Below are positions 54,934 to 61,113 of a stretch of DNA of 61,113 nt, piece after piece. Source of the DNA: an uncultured Acidobacteriota bacterium. GTDB lineage: Bacteria; Acidobacteriota; Polarisedimenticolia; Gp22-AA2. The stretch's first letter is position 1; each line of letters begins with the position of its first letter. The notes under the pieces were generated by a model. It did not search any database. It was not told the origin of the DNA and was given only the letters and a program-made list of their open reading frames with translations. A program made the translations under genes and the position numbers. The stretch lies in NCBI GenBank assembly GCA_964384905.1, contig CAYLND010000004.1, positions 1 to 61,113 of the forward strand, given 5' to 3'.

Positions 54934-57270
54934 ATGAACAGGACCGCGGCACGGCCCGCAGGGGGTGAGGGCCCGGGGGCGAGGCAGGGGTGGGCTCTGT
55001 GGGTGCTCGCCGCCGTCCTGGTCGCGGGCATCGGCATCTGTTTCTACCTGACCCGATTCCACGAAAACCAGATGTACGGCGACGCGACCGCCACGCTCGC
55101 CAACTGCCCCGAGACCGAGACCACCACCTGCGAGGTCGTCAACACCAGCGGCTACTCCGAAATCGCCGGCGTGCCGATCTCGGCGCTCGGGATACCGACC
55201 TACGGGCTGCTCCTGTCGCTGCTCGTCCTGGCGCGCCGCAGGCCGCGGCTTTTGGCCTACGTGCTCGCGATCGGTATCCTGACCGTTCTCTATTCCGCGT
55301 ATCTTTATTATGTCTCCGTGGTGAAGATCGGCTTCCTGTGCCTGTGGTGCTTCCGCCTGTACTGCATCAACGCCTCGATTCCGATCCTCGCGGGTCTGGC
55401 CGCGAGGCGGAATCCCCTGATTCTGCTGCGTGAGACCGTCGCGGACCTGCTGCGGCTGGCGCCGGAGGTGCGGATGGCGGCCGCCCTGTTCGCGGTTCTT
55501 CTGGCCTCCGTCATCCTGGGCGACCGCGTCTATCGCGCCGGCCTGATGCCGGCGGCGCCGGCCGCGTCGGTGCCGAACGAGCCGCAGCCCCCCGTCGCCG
55601 AGGCGCCGGCCCCGGAGGCGGCCGCGACTGCGCCGACGGTCGCACCCGCTCCGTCACCTGTCTCCGCGCGTGCTCATCCTCCACAGGGTGCGGCGCGCCC
55701 GGTTTCCCAGCCTCCCGCGAACCTCGCCGCCCCGCCCCTCGTCGAGGCGACGCCAGCGGTCCCGGCGCCCGCGCCGGTGACGCCGCCCTCGTCACCCACG
55801 GCGCCCGCGATGCTTGCCGGGGCGCCGTTCGTCGTGCCGGGCCCGCTGCTCCAGCTCGCGGGGCTGGCCGGCGGGCTCACGCAGACGCCGTTCGATCTCC
55901 AGTCGCATGTCGGGAAGGGGCGGCCGGTCGCCCTGTTGTTCTGGGCGCCCGGCTATTCCCTCTCCGAATCCTCGCTGGTGGCGCTCACCCGTTACATCCG
56001 GCAGCAGGCGCCGCAATACGAGCTGTTCGCGATCGCCGGACGTCGCGAGGACCAGAGGGCGGAGATGCTGTGGGAGTCGTTCCTGATGCTCGATCTGCCT
56101 CCCGACATGCCTCTGCTGATGGACGACGGCTACGCCGTCTCCAAGCAGCTCGACGTGACCGATGTCCCGAACCTGGTCCTGATCGACGGCAAGGGCCGGC
56201 TGGTGATCTCGAAGATCAAAGGCCTCGAGCAGATCGTCAGCTACTCTCCGACGCAGGTCCCCGCCGAAAGGCTCATCCGTGACGTCGCGCGGGGCGAGCC
56301 GTATGCCCCGATCACGCGCGTGCCGCCGTTCTACCCCGGCAGCGAGCTGTACGGTCAATGCGCCCCCGAGTTCACCCTGCCCGAGGTCCTGAGCGGCAGG
56401 GAGGTCCACTTCGCGGGCCGGTCGGCGAACGGCAAGCCGACCCTCCTGATGTTCTGGTCGGCGACCTGCCGGCACTGTCAGAAGGAGATCCCGCAGCTCC
56501 TGGCACACGTGCGGGCGCACCCCGGTCTCTACAACGTCGTGTCGGTGGCGATGATCAAGCCCGACCGCCCCGACTTCTCGCACCGCAAGGTGACCGAGGC
56601 CTACATCCGGAGCAACGGCCTTCCGTGGCTGGTGCTGGATGACTCGAGCGGCTACGCCACCGACCTGTACCAGGTCGTCTCCACGCCGACGTCCTTCCTG
56701 ATCTCGCCCGGCGGCCAGGTGATGGACGCCTGGTACTACCCGCACGAAAGCCTCGACGCGCCGATGTCCGAGGCGCTGGCGCGGCTCAACGCCGCGGGCG
56801 GCGGCTGCCGGCCTCGGCAGGAGGCTCGTCCCAGCACCGTGTCGTTCTCCGTCCTCGGGCCGGACGGCCGGAAGGTCGCGCTCGCGTCCCTGGCCGACCG
56901 GCCGGCCCTCGTGCACCTCTGGGCCACGTGGTGCGTCCCCTGTCAGACGGAGCTGCCGGACATCCTGAAGTTCGGCGAGGCGCTCGAGAAGAAGGGCGGG
57001 CGCCTGATCCTGGTCTCGGTCGAGGACGCCGGCGCCGGCGGCCGCATCACGAGCTACGGCGGGCGCTTCGGGCCGTCATTCCAGAGCTACCGCGCTCCCC
57101 AGGACGGAATCGCCGACCGGATCAATCTCAGCTACGAGGTGCCGCGCACCTTCCTGGTCTCGGCCGGCGGGCGGCTGGTCCGAACGTTCCACGGCGCGCA
57201 GAAGTGGACCGACCCGGCCTTCGAGACGAAGATCCTTTCCCTGCTCCAGATCAACAGGGACCACGGTTAG
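54934..57270 (+). CDS. VKOR domain fused to three thioredoxin-like (redoxin) domains
   Basis: VKOR loop Cys pair (CPETETTTC) and CLWC; Pro/Ala linker; LFWAPGYSLS (no CxxC), FWSATCRHC and LWATWCVPC. Confidence 0.85.
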   Translation: MNRTAARPAGGEGPGARQGWALWVLAAVLVAGIGICFYLTRFHENQMYGDATATLANCPETETTTCEVVNTSGYSEIAGVPISALGIPTYGLLLSLLVLARRRPRLLAYVLAIGILTVLYSAYLYYVSVVKIGFLCLWCFRLYCINASIPILAGLAARRNPLILLRETVADLLRLAPEVRMAAALFAVLLASVILGDRVYRAGLMPAAPAASVPNEPQPPVAEAPAPEAAATAPTVAPAPSPVSARAHPPQGAARPVSQPPANLAAPPLVEATPAVPAPAPVTPPSSPTAPAMLAGAPFVVPGPLLQLAGLAGGLTQTPFDLQSHVGKGRPVALLFWAPGYSLSESSLVALTRYIRQQAPQYELFAIAGRREDQRAEMLWESFLMLDLPPDMPLLMDDGYAVSKQLDVTDVPNLVLIDGKGRLVISKIKGLEQIVSYSPTQVPAERLIRDVARGEPYAPITRVPPFYPGSELYGQCAPEFTLPEVLSGREVHFAGRSANGKPTLLMFWSATCRHCQKEIPQLLAHVRAHPGLYNVVSVAMIKPDRPDFSHRKVTEAYIRSNGLPWLVLDDSSGYATDLYQVVSTPTSFLISPGGQVMDAWYYPHESLDAPMSEALARLNAAGGGCRPRQEARPSTVSFSVLGPDGRKVALASLADRPALVHLWATWCVPCQTELPDILKFGEALEKKGGRLILVSVEDAGAGGRITSYGGRFGPSFQSYRAPQDGIADRINLSYEVPRTFLVSAGGRLVRTFHGAQKWTDPAFETKILSLLQINRDHG

Positions 57271-57290
57271 CGCGATTCTCCGGCGGACCC

Positions 57291-58271
57291 TCAGCGCGGC
57301 AAGGGGCCGGACACTCCGTCGGCGCCCGACAGCAGCAGCCAGGACTCCAGCTCCTCCAGCGAGTCGTCGGCGAGGTGGTGCGGGAAGGCCAGAAGACGCT
57401 CCGCCGGCGGAACGATGCCCTGGAGGTCGCGGTCGCACAGGGGCGAGACATAGACGAAGTCCGCATGCGCCAGCTCGCGCCGCACCGCGCCCCGGTCGGA
57501 ACCTGCCACGACGCTGATGCGGTCCAGATGATCACGCTGCAGGCCCAGGAGACCGAGGGCCTTCTTGAAGGCGGGGACGAAGGACGGATCGTACACCACC
57601 ATGGCCAGACGCCCGCGGCGCGCCGCGCCCATCAACGCCGGCAGGAAGTCGCGTCTCAGCCGCAGTCGAACGAGCGGCTTGCGGAAGCACCTGGCGATGT
57701 GCGTGCCTTCCTTGTAGTGGAAATCGGTCACGGTCAGGATCGAGGACGACCGCACGAGGGCGGCGGACCTCCGGTCGGCGAGATCGGCGAGGAGGATCGG
57801 ATGCGCCTCGACGCCGAGGCGCGCCTGGATCTCGCGGGCGTAGAGGCGGACCTGCTCGGCGTTGCACTCCAGGACCGCCACCGACCGGCCCCGCAGGTTC
57901 GACCGCGTCACCAGCCGGTGCACCAGCGTCACGTAAGCGCCCGGGCTCACGTTCATCCCCGAGGCCTCGTCCATGTGACGGCGCAGGAGGCGGGTCAGGC
58001 GCGCCGCCTGAGCGGGCTCGAAGTCGTCGGAGTCCCGCGCGGTGAGAAAGGCGCCACTCCCCCGGCGCAGCGCCACAAGCCCCTCGCGCTGCAGGGCGCG
58101 GTAGACCCGCATGATGGTCTTGACGTTGAGCCCTGACAGCGCCGCCACGCGGCGCAGCGACGGCAGCCGGTCGCCGTGCCGCAACAGGCCGGCGTGCAGA
58201 CCGGAGATGATCTGGTCGCGGGCCTGCTCCAGGAGGCTTTCCCTGCGCCCCCGATCGAGCCGAATCTTCAT
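57291..58271 (-). CDS. GntR-family transcriptional regulator with unassigned C-terminal domain
   Basis: GDRLPSLRRVAALSGLNVKTIMRVYRALQREG...RGSGAF winged HTH. Confidence 0.88.
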   Translation of the reverse strand: MKIRLDRGRRESLLEQARDQIISGLHAGLLRHGDRLPSLRRVAALSGLNVKTIMRVYRALQREGLVALRRGSGAFLTARDSDDFEPAQAARLTRLLRRHMDEASGMNVSPGAYVTLVHRLVTRSNLRGRSVAVLECNAEQVRLYAREIQARLGVEAHPILLADLADRRSAALVRSSSILTVTDFHYKEGTHIARCFRKPLVRLRLRRDFLPALMGAARRGRLAMVVYDPSFVPAFKKALGLLGLQRDHLDRISVVAGSDRGAVRRELAHADFVYVSPLCDRDLQGIVPPAERLLAFPHHLADDSLEELESWLLLSGADGVSGPLPR

Positions 58272-58342
58272 CGGGATGACCGATCATAGCCCGCCGGCCG
58301 CGCGCCCGCGCGACGTTCCGTGCTAGTTTGTGCGGACCACGC

Positions 58343-59952
58343 ATGAGACGCCCGCCGCGGCTGACCGACCTGACGCTGAACCTCGCACTCACCGCGATCT
58401 ATTTCGTCGCCGGCAAGTTCGGACTGCGGCTGGCGATCGTCAACGCGAGCGCGTCGGCGGTCTGGGCGCCCACCGGGATCGCCCTCGCCTGTCTCCTCCT
58501 CCTCGGGCGCCGGGTCTGGCCCGGGATCTTCCTGGGCGCCTTCCTGGTCAACATCACGACCACCGGCGGGTTCGCCAGCTCGATCGGTATCGCCGTCGGC
58601 AACACCCTGGAGGCGCTGGCCGGCGCCTGGCTCGTCCTCCGGTTCGCCGGCGGGCGGCGCGCCTTCGAGCGGCCGCGTGATCTGTTCAAGTACGTCATCC
58701 TCGCCGGGCTCCTGAGCACCACCATCAGCGCAACGTTCGGCGTGGTCAGCATCTGTCTGGCCGGGTTGGGCCGGTGGGCCGATTTCCAGTCGATCTGGCT
58801 CACCTGGTGGCTCGGGGACATGGGCGGAGCCTTGATCGTCGCCCCCCCGCTGATTCTCTGGGCGCTGAATCCTCGTCCGGGCTGGGGCCGATGGCAGCTT
58901 CTCGAGGGGACGATCCTGCTCGGTCTCATCGGGCTCGTCGGCGCCGCCGTGTTCGCGCAGCTGATACCCACCCTCGGCCGGGATCCGCTCAGCTTCCTGT
59001 GCATTCCGTTCCTGGTCTGGACGGCGTTCCGCTTCGACCAGCGGCTCGCCGCGGCCGCCGCCCTGCTGCTCTCGGCGATCGCAACCTGGGGAACGCTGCA
59101 CGGCTTCGGCCCGTTCATCCGCGAGGACCCGAACGACTCCCTCCTGTTGCTGCAGGCGTTCATGGTGGTGACGGTCCTCATGTCGATGTCGCTCGCGGCC
59201 GCCGTCTCGGAGGTCCGGAGAGCCCACGCGGCGCTGGAAGTCCAGGCGGCGGAGCTGGCGCGATCGAACGCCGACCTCGAGCAGTTCGCGTACGTCGCCT
59301 CCCACGATCTGAAGGAGCCGCTGCGCGCCGTGACGAGCTCGTTCAGCTCCTGGCGAAACGCTACAAGGGCCGTCTCGACGGCGACGCCGACGAGTTCATC
59401 CAGTACACGGTGGAGGGGACCTCCCGGATGGCGATGATGGTCGACGACCTCCTGGAATACGCCCGCGCCGGCAGGCGGAAGGAGCCCTACCAGCCCACCG
59501 ATTGCGGCGAGGCCCTGGCGCGCAGCCTCGCCAGCCTGGCGCTGGTGGTCAAGGAGAGCGCCGCCGTCGTGACCTCGGACCGCCTGCCGGTCGTCTCCGG
59601 CGATCCCGTCCAGCTCGCCCTCGTGTTCCAGAATCTGATCGGAAACGCCATCCGGTTCCGCGGCGAAGCGCCTCCGAAGGTGCACGTGTCGGCGCTGCGG
59701 GAGCGCAACCGCTGGCTGCTCTCCGTCCGCGACAACGGCATCGGCATCGCCCCCGAGCACCGCGAGCGCATCTTCGTCCTGTTCCAGCGTCTGCATGGCC
59801 GGGACAGGTATCCCGGAAGCGGCATCGGGCTGACCCTCTGCAAGAAGATCATCGAGCGCCATGGCGGCAGCATCTGGGTCGGCCCGACGACCGGTCAGGG
59901 CTCGACCATCCACTTCACGCTGCCCCTCGCGGATCAGCGCGACGACCGCTGA
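58343..59952 (+). pseudogene. MASE1 sensor histidine kinase, frameshifted (1-nt deletion near 59339)
   Basis: MASE1 TMs (VWAPTG, WWLGD) and H-box [10 protein letters not shown] in one frame; VQLLAKRY and the N, G1, F and G2 boxes in another; junction agc-tc-gtt. Confidence 0.85.
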
Positions 59953-59986
59953 GAGACTCGGCGCCCCGGCGCCGCCGGAGAGCGTC

Positions 59987-61113
59987 TCACGGGTCGGGAC
60001 CTAGAAGCCCGGCGAAGACATCCAGAAGGATCGGGGCCACCTGCGGCCCGGTCGAGTTCATCTCCCCGTACTGGGGCGCGTCGCGGCCGTACGCGAAGGG
60101 CGGATTCTCGTCCCATTCGGACTTCGGGATGATGTATCCGAGCTCGTCATTACACAGGGCGACGACGAAGCGGAACGGTCCGCGCATCAGCGACCTGAGC
60201 GGCGGTTCGGGCGGCGCCCCCTGGAAATCCGCGCCGGGATCCTGCGGGCTCTGGATCCCGCCGCCCACCAGCTCGGGATAGATCTCACCGGGAACGCACG
60301 CCAGCTGCGCGAGCGGCGCTCCTGCGTCGCCGTCCCCGCGGATGGTCAGCACCGCCGCCTCGCTGGCGAGACGGCCGTCGTCCCCCAGGTCGCGCGGCCA
60401 GATGCGACCCTCCACGAGTCCGCTCTGGAACCGGGCGTTCTCGAGCGGCACTCTGAACTCGCGGGCCCGCACTTCGACCACGCCGCGCGACGCCGTCGAC
60501 GCCGCCCGCTCCGTGCCGCGCGCAGCGCCCCGGCTCCGCCAGGCGGCAATCACGGAGCGCGCCAGCTCCCGACCGAGAGCCCCGGCCATGCGGGGCGTCT
60601 TCTCCGGGATCGGCTGACCGGTGTCGGGGTCGGTCAGGGACACGCCGAGGGGAGTGAGCAGACCGCCGAGGGGGCCGCTCACGAAGATCGCCACGCCGCC
60701 GAAGGCGTCCTCCAGCGCGCCGCGTGCCGCCGCCGGATAGTCGGATGAGATCAGGGTGTTCTCGCGCCCGAGGGACTCCGGGTGGTCGGCGAACTCGAGA
60801 AGGGTCGCGATGGTCCTGCCGCCGTCGTCGGTGTCGACCTTCATCAGAAGGGCGCTCGGATCGACGACCTCCGGCCGCCGCGAGTCCCGGATGAGGTCGG
60901 GTCGGGTGGTCGTGGCGAACGACAGTCGGGCCGCCGCCCGGGCGGCCCACGCGCGGGCCACCGCGTCGGCCGCGGCGGACCGGACCCGCGCGACATAGGT
61001 GGAGTCGACCGCGCTCCCCTGGGGAGTCCAGAGACCGATGACGTCCGGCCCCGCGTGGGTGTGGGTGCTGCAGACCATGACGTACCCGACCGTCACGTCG
61101 GGGTGACGCTTCC
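59987..61113 (-). CDS. Neutral/alkaline ceramidase-like metallohydrolase; 5' end outside the window
   Basis: STHTHAGPD, FADHPE, GPLGG, PGEIYPEL and GYII motifs; the frame is open to the window edge. Confidence 0.75.
   Translation of the reverse strand, partial: KRHPDVTVGYVMVCSTHTHAGPDVIGLWTPQGSAVDSTYVARVRSAAADAVARAWAARAAARLSFATTTRPDLIRDSRRPEVVDPSALLMKVDTDDGGRTIATLLEFADHPESLGRENTLISSDYPAAARGALEDAFGGVAIFVSGPLGGLLTPLGVSLTDPDTGQPIPEKTPRMAGALGRELARSVIAAWRSRGAARGTERAASTASRGVVEVRAREFRVPLENARFQSGLVEGRIWPRDLGDDGRLASEAAVLTIRGDGDAGAPLAQLACVPGEIYPELVGGGIQSPQDPGADFQGAPPEPPLRSLMRGPFRFVVALCNDELGYIIPKSEWDENPPFAYGRDAPQYGEMNSTGPQVAPILLDVFAGLLGPDP

Overview
A GC-rich (roughly 70% by eye) bacterial chromosomal segment. 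Its gene content (zinc-ribbon Ser/Thr kinases, ECF/ZAS/CHAT module, PD40 amidohydrolase, RRM protein) suggests Acidobacteriota, which is inference only. I find about 45 plausible protein-coding genes and no rRNA, tRNA or CRISPR array. The main result is a minus-strand cluster at 28.9-32.0 kb that the ORF track splits. In order it holds a Cys-Cys-rich leader ending in RAPP, a TlpA-like thioredoxin, an outer-membrane barrel, an exported HMA-like protein with TGA-x-x-TGA (UxxU) where CxxC is expected, and an exported rhodanese with a third in-frame TGA at a Cys-equivalent site. Each TGA is followed by a SECIS-like hairpin, so this looks like a periplasmic selenoprotein system for metal handling or redox. 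Other notable items are a Rieske oxygenase with a twin-arginine signal coupled to a lipoprotein cytochrome c, a nine-repeat four-Cys protein, a six-Cys secreted mini-protein, an ECF/double-ZAS/CHAT module and a DddP-like M24 enzyme with altered metal ligands. Also present are a 165-bp MITE in an RND stop codon, mirror-symmetric ECF-type promoters, a VKOR fused to three thioredoxin-like domains and a split kinase remnant around a 6.3-kb block. No database searches or folding programs were run; all family calls come from motif recognition.
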